Assembly (NCBI GenBank): GCA_976551045.1
Contig: CDPCPM010000043.1
Coordinates: forward strand, 1,178,001 to 1,242,000
Source of the DNA: Glaucostegus cemiculus
Taxonomy: Eukaryota
DNA: 64,000 nt
Direction of reading: 5' to 3'
Below the pieces are notes generated by a model, which ran no database searches, was not told the origin of the DNA, and saw only the letters and a list, made by a program, of their open reading frames with translations. Both the position numbers and the translations under genes were made by a program. Position 1 is the stretch's first letter. Each line of letters opens with the position of its first letter. Shown piece by piece: positions 26,051 to 38,759 of this stretch.

Positions 26051-27928
26051 ACAGGTCATCACTGACTACAAAGCTCCACCCCAGGTTTGTGATGGTGACT
26101 CATCACTACCAGACCAGTTGAATGAATTCTATGCAAGGTTTGAGGCCATGAACAATACACCTGCCTCGAAAGCCCGGCCTTTGCCAGAAGAACAGGCTTT
26201 GAGACTCACCCCAGCCAGTGTGGGGAAAGCCCTTTTACAGGTTAACCCTCGGAAGGCTGCGGGACCGGATAACATACCGGGGCAGATACTTAGGGACTGT
26301 GCGGACCAGCTTAAAGATGTACTGGCTGACATCTTCAACATCTCCCTACAGCAGGCTGTTGTTCCTAAGTGCCTAAAATCTGCCACCGTCATACCTGTTC
26401 CTAAGAAGTCTCCTCCAATGTGTCTGAATGACTACCGTCCCATAGCTCTAACACTGATTGTCATGAAATGCTTTGAGAGGCTAGTTATGAAGCACATTAG
26501 AGCCATCCTCCCCCCATCCTTGGATCTTCATCAGTATGCTTATCGGGCAAACAGGTCCACCGATGATGCAGTCTCTCTGCCATGCACTCTGCATTATATC
26601 ACTTAGAAAAGAAGGATTCATACTGCCGACTGCTATTCATCGACTTCAGCTCCGCTTTCAATACCATCATCCCGCAACAGCTAATCAGGAAGTTGAGTGC
26701 TCTGGGCATTAACTCTCCTCTCTGCAACTGGATACTGGATTTTCTAACTTGCAGGCCGCAGTCAGTCAAAATTGGTGAAAACACCTCAAGCATCATCACA
26801 CTGAGCACTGGCTCCCCACAGGGTTGTGTGCTCAGTTCGCTCCTGTTCACCTTGTTGACTCATGACTGTGAGGCCAGATCCAGCTCCAACCGCATTGTTA
26901 AATTTGCCGATGACACGACAGCGGTGGGTCTTGTCACGAATGACGATGAGTCGGACTACAGAGAGGAGGTGAAACAACTAGCCGTGTGGTGCTATGACAA
27001 CAACCTCTCCTTGAATGTGGATAAAACCAAGGAGATGATAGCGGATTTTAGGAGGGGTCACCGTGTGCACGCCCCGCTGACCATCAACGGGTCTGCTGTG
27101 GAACAAGTACGTAGCACCAAGTTCCTGAGGGTGCACATCACCGACGACCTGACCTGGTCCACTAATATTACGGCCCTCACGAAGAAAGCTCAGAAACGCC
27201 TCTACTTCCTGCGGAGACTGAGGAAAGCGTACCCCCATCCCTCCATCATGAAAACCTTCTATAGGGGGACCATTGAGAGCATCCTAACTCAATGTATCAC
27301 TGTTTGGTTTGGAAGCTGCTCAGCTGCTGGGCGGAAGTCCCTCCAGAAGATAGTTAGGGCTGCGGAGTGGATCATAGGTGTCTCGCTTCCGTCCCTCGCA
27401 GACATATACAAAGACCGTTGTGTGAGGAAGACCAAAAGCATAATAGCCGACCCTTCTCACCCCTCCCACCACCTCTTCACAATTTTGCCATCAGGGAGGA
27501 GGCTTAAATGTATCAGGGCAAGAACGACCAGGCTGAACAATAGCTTCTTTCCGCAAGCCATCAGAACTGCAAACTCTCTCATCCCTCCATCTTCCTTTGT
27601 TAACACTAAGAGATGCTAGGTGCACAGAAATGCACCAGCACTTTAAATGCCCGACACCAGCCCGTTCACTTTAATAACTATTTATTTATTTACTGGCCAT
27701 TTTTAATTTAATCTGCGTACTAATTTAATTTTAACTTCTGTAGCTTTTAATGTTTAATGTTTTTTAATGTTTATTCTGTCAAGTGTGTATGTGTGTCACT
27801 GTTGGTTGTTATGTTATTTTATGGGACGAGCACCTGAGGAGGACGGTATCTCGCTCCTATGCATACTATGTATGTATATGGTTGTGACAATAAAACTGAT
27901 TCTGATTCTGATTCTGATTCTGATTCTG
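26051..27928 (+). mobile_element. Rex1/Babar-clade LINE, 5'-truncated, young, with a near-intact RT
   Basis: Reading frame from [19 protein letters not shown] through [48 protein letters not shown] to [17 protein letters not shown] (stop 27619). One frameshift near 26575. AATAAA is followed by a (GATTCT)n tail at ~27897-27928. Confidence 0.95.
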
Positions 27929-28639
27929 AAACAGGGCAAGATTATGCAGCAAAGTACCGGCAGGATCAACAAATTTCTGGACCAGAATTCCAAACTCCCA
28001 ATCCCTGAATTATCAATCTGCTCCTTCTTTAAATATCTATCCACCTGGGCATGTGTTCCATACATTAAATCATCATCTGTAGAAGTAATAAAAATTTAAA
28101 CTAATTTGAAATTGGAACTCAAATTCCTAAGGCACTTTACAGCAGTGAAGTATTTTTTTGCTGTGTTTTTACTGGGGCTGTGTGTGCAATGAGACAACCA
28201 ATTTGTGTATAAGAATCTCCCCTCCTTAGTCTGTGCTCTGAATCCTCCATCCCAGTCTTTCCATATTTCTTCATCTTTCTGCTCTCTGCTGGCTTGATTA
28301 CCATTTGGCGAGCCCGACATCTTCTATGTTCTCTTGGTTTCCTCCAACAGGTCCAACGTGACCTTTGTCACGGTCATCAGGCGTTACAATCCCAATCTCC
28401 TAACTACCTCACTCCTCAGCACCTCTGCTGATTGGGAAACTTTCCAAATTGCAATCAAGTTCATGCCATCCAGTACAGATCAGCTAATGTAACTCCCTGC
28501 CCAAACTCCACCCAGCTTGTCCATTCACTTGTGAACAAGTCCCTTGCCCTCCATATTGTGGATGATTGCACCAAATCATAAACTTGCTGGAAATCTGGCT
28601 GATGGGACTGGTAATGAAGCTTCTCCATCTAAATGAACC

Positions 28640-29134
28640 TTCCATCACCTTCCCTGTCTGATCCGGCATAGTGGTGGTAAGGATGTGATCCTCCAATCCT
28701 ACCTTTGTCTGCCTCCATTCACCTCCGACATTTATCCCCCTTTCAGCACTTTTCCTTGATCCATTTAAAATCATGGTCCTTCATTACCCCTCAGATATAG
28801 TGAAAAGCTTCTCTGCAAGATATTTTGACACGTTTACTGCTTTACCCTCGGCACTGAGAAACTTATTATCTTTCAGGGTTTCAGCTTCCATCTCAGCCAG
28901 GAACCTGGCAAGTAGGACCACTCCTCCAGTTCTGGTCTCTACTGCCAAGACCCTAACCCCCAGAGTTCCCTCCCTCAACCTTTCCACCATTCAACCCTAC
29001 TTTCTTCTAAAATTCTCCATGAATTCTTCCCCTTTATACAATTTTGGGATCAATTACTTAAGTCAGTGCTAAATGTCATCTGATACCAATCCTGTGAAAT
29101 GTCGTGGAGTCCTTTCCTGCATTAAATAAATACC
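28640..29134 (+). mobile_element. L2-like LINE 3' relic (its tail continues at 29754-29785)
   Basis: gagttccctccctcaacctttccacc and tail cctgtgaaatgtcgtgga..cattaaataaatacc|aactgttgttattg resemble L2 3' ends. Confidence 0.45.
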
Positions 29135-29753
29135 TTTTTCAATCTTTTTTATTGATAACAAATCATTACAGGTTAAAATATATAACAATGTTTACACATG
29201 TATTATAGAAATATCAAGTAAATCGTAGGTAATCATTAAAAAAAAGCAATAAAATATGATATATATAAAAGAAATAGTTCCAACAATCTCTCGGTTCATA
29301 AGTGTAATGTGAAAGATAGAAAAGAAAAAGATTTGTTATATAATTAGAAAAACCAAAAATAACCCAAATCAATTTTAAAAAATCATAATAATATAGAGTA
29401 AATTAAACCGAAAATGAATTTTAAAAAAAGAAAAAAAACAAAACAAGGAAAAAAAAAACTGGGCTAAAATTTTCAATAGAAATAGAACAATATAATGTCA
29501 TCAGCTCCGTTTCTCTAAATTTAAAAAAAAAGTTATAGAAGGGGAAACTACATCATATGAAAGTATTGAATAAATGGACTCCAAATATCTTCAAATTTAA
29601 GCGAAGAATCAACAGTACCACTCCTAATTTTTTCCAAATTAAGACATGATATAGTTTGAGAGAACCATTGGAAAGTGGTAGGGGGTATTGGATCCTTCCA
29701 TTTAAGCAGAATGGCTCGTTTGGCCATCAATGTGACAAAAGCAATCATACGAT
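29135..29753 (-). mobile_element. L1/Tx1-clade LINE 3' fragment with a 17-bp target-site duplication
   Basis: ORF 29548-29748 (IAFVTLMAKRAILLKWKDPIPPT..QW..SCLNLEKIR..F.DIWSPFIQYF*) is a typical fish L1 ORF2 C-terminus. T-rich 3'UTR, AATAAA and a short A tail follow. tgcattaaataaatacc is duplicated at 29118-29134 and 29754-29770. Confidence 0.9.
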
Positions 29754-29924
29754 TGCATTAAATAAATACCAACTGTTGTTATTGCTGAAGGTCATATGTT
29801 TGGGCAGATTTTCAGCCTCAGTCCTTGGAGGATAATGTTTGACCCATTGGAATAGAAAGTTAACTGGAAATGGAATGGAATGCCAATGGAATGCCAATCA
29901 AACACTGCAGTACTGGCCACTTGC

Positions 29925-30265
29925 CTCTTTTTTTCCTCCACATTCACTCCTCCACTACCCCATCCTTACCCTTCCTTCTCCACCCTCCTCTCCCTCCTAC
30001 TTCCCTCCACTCCTTTCCCCCTCATCCTTTCCCATCTCTCCCCTTCTTTCCCCTCTCCTTCTTTCCCCTCTCCTCCTATCAGCTCCCCCTCCACTCTCCT
30101 CTCCCTCCTGTCTGCACCTCTCACGTTACCTCTTTTAACTTTTTCTCTACTTCCTTCCCCACCTCTGCTCCCCATCTTCTTGCATCTCATCTCCCCTTCT
30201 TTTCTTCCTCCCATACACTTTCCCTCTGGCTCCTATTCTTTCTCCTACCTTCTGCATTTCTTACT
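29925..30265. repeat. CT-rich polypyrimidine low-complexity tract
   Basis: About 340 bp almost devoid of G. It explains the overlapping P/S/L-rich ORFs. Confidence 0.9.
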
Positions 30266-30729
30266 CCCAGATTTTTGGATGACAGGAATATTTACGGCTC
30301 TTACAAACAGCAGGCATGGACTATTTTTCCACCAAGCTGCAACATTTTCCAGGCTGACTCATTGGGCTGGGACTACTATTACAGCTGCATCGGCTGAACT
30401 GTGCTCCTTGCTCTGCAGAACATTCCTCCTGACGTCCTTCTCATTGACAAGGCAGCATGCTATGCTCACGAATCAAATGAGAAACACATGTCTCTAAGTT
30501 CACAAATCTTCATGCCAGCTTTTAATAGAAACAAGCTTTTTACTAAATTTCTGCAAAATAGAGAGATTAAAAACTCCTCAGTTAATCCCTCTGTCAAAGC
30601 AGCTCAGTTTTAGGTCAATCTGCTGGTTTATACTGGGATGAATTTCACTGCTTCATATTTAAATGTATATCAAAGAAATAGGAGGGGACCTTGATGAGGC
30701 AACAGGTACTACAAGAAAATAGTAACCCA

Positions 30730-31345
30730 ATCTTCTGTCTATATCGGAGAAACCAAACGCAGACTGGGTTTGCAGAACACCTCAGCACAGTCTACAAGGG
30801 TGCCTTTAATTCTCCATCCCACTCTGACTTTAATCTCTCTGTCTTTGTACTCTTACACCGTTCGAACACAAGCTAATGTACACCTAAGTGTCAGCATCTC
30901 ATCTTCCAACTAGGTACATTTCAGGCCTCAGGATTCAACAATTTCAGATAACCAGTCTTTCCAGCTTGGATCAGAACTGGCCATTTCTGATGATAGGTCA
31001 TTAACCGGTAAAATTAACTCCAGTTTTCTCTCTTTACAGATGCCACCTGGTCTTCTGAGTATCTCCAGCATTCCCTTTATTTTCATATTTCCACCATCTG
31101 TGGTGTTTTATCACATACTTCAAGCATGTTTTCTCTGTCTTCCTTCTACTTACACTTCCTCCAGACAGATTAGCTGTGACTAACCTGCCTTCACCATCCT
31201 CCCTCTGTCAGAACCACCAGCACTTGTGTCACCCAGCCTCTCTTGGTCTACACCCTTTCGTTCATCCTCCTTCTCTGCAATTTAAGCATGCTCGATTTCT
31301 AACCTTTCATAGGTATGATAAAGGTCATTGGCCTGAAATGTTAAC
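30730..31345 (+). mobile_element. Penelope-like element relic (GIY-YIG fragment and two terminal repeats)
   Basis: ctatatcggagaaaccaaacgcagactggg (LYIGETKRRLG), tttgcagaacacctc (FAEHL), tttaattctccatcccactct (FNSPSHS). Hammerhead-like arms at 30983-31100 and 31310-31345. Confidence 0.8.
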
Positions 31346-32360
31346 ATAGAACATAGAACAATACAGCACAATACAGACCCTTCAGCCCAACATGTTGTGC
31401 CATCCATCAGACCACACCTAACACTATCTAACCCCTTCCTCCCACATATTCCTCTATCCCACATTCCTCCATATGCCTATCCAACAATCTCTTGAACCTG
31501 TCCAACGTATCTGCCTCCACCACCACCCCAGGCAGCACATTCCATGAACCAACCACTCTCTGGGTGAAAAATCTCCCTCTGACATCTCCCCTGAACTTCC
31601 CACCCATAACCTTAAAGCCACACCCTCTTGTCTTGAGCATTGGTGCCCTGGGAAAGAGGCGCCGGCTCTCTACTCTATCTATTCTTCTCAATATTTTATA
31701 TACCTCTATTATGTCTCCTCTCATCTTCCTCCTCTCCAATGAGTAAAGCCCTAGCACCTTAAGCCTCTCCTCATAGCCCATATGTTCTAATCCAGGCAGC
31801 ATCCTGGTAAATCTCCTCCACACCCTCTCCAACACCTCCACATCCTTCCTATAATGCGGCGACCAGAACTGAACACAGTACTCTAAGTGTGGTCTAACCA
31901 GAGTTTTGTAAAGCTGCATCGTCACTTTGCAGCTCTTAAACTCAATCGCACGATTTATGAAAGCTAACATCCCATAGGTCTTCTTAAGTGCCCTATCCAC
32001 CTGTGAGGCAACTTTCAGTGAACTGTAGATATGAACCCCCAGATCCCTCTGCCCAGTACCTTGCCATTTATCTTGTACTCTGCCCTGGAGTTTGTCCTTC
32101 CAAAGTGTACCACCTCACACTTCTCCGAATTGAACTCCATCTGCCACTTGTTCGCCCAGCTCTGCATCCTATCAATATCCCTCTGTAAGCTCTGACAGCC
32201 CTCCACTCTATCCACAACACCGCCGATCTTAGTGCCATCGGCAAACTTACTAACCCAGCCTTCCACCCCCTCATCTAAGTCATCTATAAATATAACAAAA
32301 AGTAGAGGTCCCAGAACCGATCCCTGTGGGACACCACTAGTCTCAGCACTCCAATCGAGG
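31345..32360 (-). mobile_element. CR1 LINE (HER1-type), 5'-truncated, young
   Basis: Open 190-aa C-terminal ORF (LYKTLVRPHLEYCVQFWSPHYRKD..FFTQRVV..WN.LP) and RT piece SGVPQGSVLGPLLFVIFIDDLDEG..SKFADGTKIGG. (CATAGAA)n tail at 31345. Confidence 0.95.
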
Positions 32361-32904
32361 ACTCTATTTCTCTCCACAAATATCATTTGTCATTTATCTA
32401 TGCTAATGGCCATCAATATATTGATCAAATTTTGATATTGATTAGTATGGTATAGTTCTTGTACCTCACTCATCTTGACTTTGTTCAGTTTAACAGTTCT
32501 ACGTTACACCAGGAGATTTATCAGAGTAATTTTAAAATAATTCACCACCCTGAATACAGATTAGGGGACAATGAAGGAATGACTGGAGGCAATTTAAATT
32601 AGAAAAGAACAGGGAATACAGATGCAACCTAGTGAAAGTGCAGTAATCCCCAGGTTTAGAATGATTGGATTTAGTCCAGCATTCATTCTGTAGAGGTCAC
32701 CAAAAAGAGTAAAATTTAAATGAGGCTGCATTGCTTCTAATTTTGTTGTCAGTTTGAAGTTAACGTCTGGAGCCTGGGTTTCTCAGTGCTCAAGGAACCA
32801 AGCTGCAAACTAGAGATGTGATCATTGGGCAGGAGCTGCCCACTCCAGCAGAGAAGCACTTTCCCAACACTGTCTGTGAGTGTCCCTGACTCCTCAAGTA
32901 AATC

Positions 32905-33225
32905 TGCCCAGCCCATCCCTTCCAATCCTCCCCTGCATCTTTACACTGACCTCTAGGACTCCCATGATTTCTCTTCCTCACCATCTCTCTTCCACCATGA
33001 TCTCTGCTTCCCCACTCTCTCTTACCGCAAGACCTCTCTTCCCTACTATCTCCCTTCCTGTGATATTTTTCCCTGGCTATTTCCCTCCCACTATTGCTCT
33101 TCCCCTTTCACCACTATCTCCTTTCCCCCACTATCTCCCTTCACCACTATCTCCCTTGCCCCACAATTTCTCTTGCACCAAGACCTCTCTTCCCTAATAT
33201 CTCTCTCCCTTGCTTTCTCTTCCTG
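32905..33225. repeat. CT-rich low-complexity tract with ccactatctccc-type repeats
   Basis: Repeated cccactatctccct motifs in pyrimidine-rich sequence. Confidence 0.8.
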
Positions 33226-34059
33226 TTAACATTTTGCTGTGTTACTCACTTCTTGTGACCCATCTCTCCCACATGTTCTCCCTATGAGGAATGTGTGTAT
33301 TAATGTGAAGTATTGCTTTAAGGTAGTGGAGACTGCCACTATACCATGTGGTTCATTATTGCAGTATTGTGTATACCAACTTTCAACTTCAGGACCTCTG
33401 CATTTCCTGGTTTTGTGGCAACTAATGAATACCCCCAATTCGCTTCTGACCACACTATAAGTACCTGGGCCATTATGTCATTGCATGATGCTATAACTGA
33501 AGAGCAATCAAAGGATCCAACTCCTTGTAAACCAACTTAAAAGTCTGAAAAAGTTGTAAGAGATTAATCTTCAACAGTTAAACACCATTTTAAATTGGAC
33601 TTGTGACAGTGACCTCTGTTGAGAGGGCAGTGGCTTTTTCTCATTGGCTGAGCCTACTGAGCCCATGCTTGATGCAGAGTAACGTTGGTCTGAGTTTTTG
33701 ACTGGAGTCCCAGTTTAACTGTCACGTCCAGGTTATGTAGGCCTGGCTATGGTGAGAGCTTCAAGAGAATGTTGCCAATGCAGGGAAGTATATTCATCTG
33801 GTAAAGCAATCATCAGGAGCCAAATAACAGCCATAAATCCTTACACACATTGTTCCGACATGTGTCTGATGTGGACAGCCTCGCCCAGATACCATATAAT
33901 TCATTACTAAAACAAATCATCCTGTCCAGCAAGAACTTCTACAACAAGAATTTTGTAATTACAGACATTTTCCATACAATGACAGATTCCAAGGTGTTTC
34001 CCATGAGCCATGTCACTTAAAGTTTGGCACTGAGCTAAAAGCAGAGATATTTGGACAGG

Positions 34060-34890
34060 ACCTCTCTGTCTGTGGTATCCTGCACCATTACAACAAGGTC
34101 TAATGTAAGCTCAAGGAACAACACCTCATTTCTCATCTGGGCATGTTGCAGCCTGCAAGACCCAAAACTGAATTCTTCAACTTTAGATAAGTTGCTCTTT
34201 CTTCTAGACATTTTTGCTTGCTATTCCTCTCTTTCATTTGAATGTTCTAGTCTGATAGGCACGCACCAGGAGGCCAGATTATACAATGTCACCCAAACTG
34301 CACTACATTAGCAACACATTACACAGCCTTTCTGAAGAAAATGCTGACTGCCTGCTTTTCTCCAGTTCCTCCAGCATCATTATGTTTTTCATCTAGATTC
34401 CAGCATCTGCAGACCTTTGTTTCTCGAGTTTAACTATCCATTTAATGGCTGTGTTATTTCACCCCATGACATACATACTTTTTGTTCCACCCATTGCTCT
34501 ACATTCTCTGCTACCTAAACTAATTTGTTTTTTTCTTTTTCTCAGTTTTGAAGGGTCCTCAGCCTAAAACATTCCACAGAACCATAGAACCATAGAACAA
34601 TACAGCATAATACAGACCCTTCGGGCCACCATGTTGTGCCGTCCATCAGACCACACTTAACACTATCTAACCCTTTCCTCCCACATATCTCTCTATCTCA
34701 CATTCCTCCATATGCCTATCCAACAATCTCTTGAACCTGTCCAACGTACCTGCCTCCACCACCACCCAAGGCAGCACATTCCATGCACTAACCATTCACT
34801 GTTTCTCTATCCACAGGTGCTGCTTGGCATGCTGCGTTTCTTGAACATTTTTTTATTCTTAGTTCGGCTTTCCAGCATCTGCAGTTTTTT
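34060..34890 (+). mobile_element. Penelope-like relic with terminal repeats, interrupted by a CR1 3' fragment
   Basis: aagctcaaggaacaacacctcatttctcatctgggc (KL.EQHLI.HLG, the Penelope C-terminal motif). Arms at 34340-34425, 34540-34574 and 34795-34890. Confidence 0.6.
34575..34793 (-). mobile_element. CR1 3'-end fragment, same subfamily as 31345-32360
   Basis: Closely similar to 31345-31560, with a (CATAGAAC)n tail. Confidence 0.9.
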
Positions 34891-37800
34891 ATTTTCATTT
34901 TTTTATTTTCAGGGCAGGTAACGCATAGTTTGGTTAAATAGTTTGTTCTAAAAAACATCTTGTATGAGAAGAGGTGGAAGGCTTTAGAGAAAGAATCCTT
35001 GAGCTTAGTTGTATTGAATTTACTGTATTGAAATGGGCCATTTACCTAACTGTTCTGTGGGCACAAAACTTCCCGCCATCCTACCTCATCAAATCCTATC
35101 AGCACATTGTTAGATTCCCTTCTCCATTATGTACTCACCAAGCTTCTCATAAATGTGCAACTCATTACAACTAACTCCCCAGGCAGCAAGTACTACATTC
35201 TCTTTGCCATTTGGGAACAGGGGGATCTTCTGCATTTGTTATTGGATTTATTAGTCCTATATTATTACTGCTCTTTATCTGTTTACAGTAACACCACTGG
35301 AGATTGTTGGCATTGAATAATATCCATTAATTTATTTCAATGGCCTTGGAATTTGGTGCCTTTCAAGGAACGTTCAGATTTTAATTACAATCGGAATATC
35401 AAGGTTCTACTCCTGAAAAAGCTATGAATATTTAAAAGTACAGTTCATTTCAAATTTATTGACAGTAGCTTTCATTTAGGATTGTAGAAAATTCCACAAG
35501 AAGATTGAATATCAATTGAGGCAATTGATAAAATGTAGCTTTTTATACCTTCCTGAAGTATTTTGAATGTCACATGTATGTCACTGTTTCACACCTGATG
35601 TTATTGGTGTCAGTGAGCCAAGGAACCTACTAAGATCTAAACTCCCATTCCCATGCTGTGTTAAAGGGATTTGTCTGACACTGCCTCTTCCTTAAATGGA
35701 AATTCACTATTAATGTCAGGAACAACAGTCCACCTCTATGGTCCAGGCTGTGCTCAACCACGGTCCACGTGCTGTTGGTGACAGCACAAAAATACTAACT
35801 CAATTTTTATCTGTTTTTGACATACTATTCCAAATCTCTTATAAGCAGTAATCAAACAGGAGTTGTTTGGAGACAATGCTGACATTATTTTCACGTGAGT
35901 CACGTCAGCAGGAGCAAGGTATAAGCTGTGTTACCATGTGTGAGTTGTATTGACAGATGGTACTGTCTGTATATTGAGCACTGGCCTGTGGGTAAAGATG
36001 CCAAAGGCTCACTGAGTAAGCTGTTCTGTTCATTTAATATGTTAGCATGGCAGTGGGTCAATTCCACCTGCCACCAGCTGTTACAAGACGAAGCCAGTAC
36101 ATAATGAAATAATGAAGCCCATATATAAAGTACTCTTCAGCTCTAAAATAGTAAGCCCAGACAACATGCACACCAGCATGCTGCCAGCACACAGATTCCT
36201 TTAATAAGTGGATGTAAAGGAAGATCCAGTAAACCAGTTGTAATCATTTTGCTGTTGGGGCTCAGGAAGGTGGAGCTGTCATTATTTGATCAGAATTGGC
36301 AGCTATGGGATATTCTGTGAATGACCCAATCTGCTCAGGCAGAAGTACTAAAGTAAAATGTCAAAGTTAAATCAGATGGCAGCATTGAAACTGGGACAAG
36401 TGAGTTCAAACATTTTCTGAACATTTCTCTTTCTGCATTTAATTTGTGCAGTGTTGTGTAAAATTACATATTTAAAAATGTGGAATGTGTTGATGTAGGT
36501 TTCATTTACTGGGTGATTACTTTATTTTGGTTGATAGTGCCGTAAATGATACAGTTAAATATTAAAAGGATTTTGCAGTGCCTGATAGTGGTGTTACAAT
36601 GGGTTTGTGAGTTCTGCCTAATTGGTTTGCTATGTGCCTGCTGCCCCCACACAGGAATGCTGGCACTAACTGGCAGATACAAACAGACATATTAGCATAG
36701 CAACTGGAAGAGAAATAATGCCTGTTTTCTGTTACTGGAATAAATGTGATCACTTAAACTGACAGCTTTATCGCATTAACTTTAATTTCTCTGGTTTTGT
36801 TTTCCCCAAGCCATGTATGAGCCAGCTAGTTTGGAAACTAACTTCCTTCAATACAAAATTAGATCACTACTGGCAACTAACACTGAAAGCTACAGTTTTT
36901 TTTAGGAAAACTTGTTCCATTGCAGTGCAGGCTCCTCGTTTTAATAATCAACTAAAGTTTGAGTAACTTCTAAAGATTTAATTGAATGATTTTGGCAAAA
37001 AAAAGAAAGCAGTAAACAGTGGGAAGTGAAGCAGTACAGTACAGTTGTCTAAAAGCTGCTGGAGCAATTGTACGGCTGAATGTGAGGTAAGGTGTCGGGA
37101 ATCTGTTTTGAAATTACAGTGGAGTTCAATATGTTGTCCCGGTAAAGTTGTCTCTTGTGTTGAACTTAGTCTTGACTCTCAGAATTTGCACAGATGTTTT
37201 CAGAATCTTAAGTGAGAAATTTCCTCTATTTTACCTTTTGGCTACTTAGTCCCCAAATCTGGTTTAAAGACACAAAGTGCGTTGTTAAAGATTGCACAAT
37301 TACCTAGCAACCAATAACTTTAATGGTCGAGGTTAGGAAAATGAAATAAACACTGCATTTTCAACAAGCATTATTTAGGAAAGGAAAATTTGGACAGATG
37401 ATATAACTTGTGTAATTTCATGCTTCGTTTAGTTTAAGGTTACAGATCTTTAGGACTTCTATTATTCTGTGTAGGGTCACTATGATCTGGATAAATTAGT
37501 AAGCAATGCTCATGAGTAAACATTTCCGTACTTTTAGGAAATGTGTTGGAAGGTGGTAAAAGAGCTTATATAGTAAGACTGTAATGCCTTTGTTCCATTA
37601 CCTTAAAGCTTTATTGATCCAAAGGAAAGCTGTATTTCCAGGTAATGACTAACTATGGAGTGAAAGGGGCTAATACACCAAGTGACAATAAGCTAACATG
37701 AATGGAAGAAAGGAAACAGACAGGAATCCCGTGTAGCAGTATGAAAATCAATGGTGATCGTCCTACTTTCCACACTAAAATCTTTATTCTTTAACTTCTA

Positions 37801-38759
37801 GCTGAGGCTTGAGATAGCTGCCATTGGATTAATGAGTGTCATCTGTCTTGCACAGAACTGAAGTCTGATTTCTTGCTAAAACGAGGATTAGTTTATTCTT
37901 CTATCTGATGGAACCACTGGATGGTGAGATCTGTCAGTTTGTTTTACTGAGTTCTTGAAAATTCATCTTGGATTATACATAACAAAATCAGTTTCTCTGC
38001 TTAAGGAGGAAACTTTTCATTGACTTCTTGCTAATGTTATGATTATTGTAACTGTTTGGATAATGAAAAATGAAACATCTTTGCTCTGGGCTAAAGACAT
38101 TCAAATGAGCTCTTGTCTGGAGTAAAATATTTCTTTTATACTTGAATATATTGCTGTTGGAAGATAAAAATCCATTAATTTATATTTTAGAAGGTAATGT
38201 TTGAAATTATTTATAGTATTAATAACCATTTTCATTGAAGTAAGTTGCAAAATAGTTTGCTGATTTCAATAAGTTAATAAGCATGTTATATCCTGCTGTA
38301 TATGAAATGACTGACCTCTTAATATGCAACTAATTAACACATTTGTGTACTAAGATACCTAAATCTCAATTAGTTGCAGCAAGAATCTCAATTACAATGA
38401 GTAGCTTCAAATGTTGGTGCTAAGTTTCCTTAAAGAGCAGTTAATGTGAGAAGAGCACACTTTATGGAATGAATTCTTCTGTGATAATATTTGATTAGAT
38501 GACTACAATTGGCTACTTTGTTCAATTTGAAAGACATTTTATGTTTGCTCTGAGTTTACTTATTCAGTGAGTCATGCCCAGTGGAAGTTGAGTGCTCATG
38601 AAGCATCTTGTCATATAAAGCAGGATGACTAATACAGGTTAAGTGACAGTGACATAACGCTAATGATCTTTACAGGATCACCAAATAAATTGAGCATGTT
38701 GCTCAGCCATCTGATTACAGAGATGTTGTAATTGAAACCTTGCATGTTAGTTGTTTCTC

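Noticed and set aside
27897-27928. (GATTCT)n array resembling a telomere-like or CRISPR-like repeat
   Set aside because: It is the microsatellite tail of the Rex1 LINE and has no spacers.
29839-30497. Long overlapping P/S/L-rich ORFs (up to 205 aa)
   Set aside because: Artefact of the stop-free CT-rich tract.
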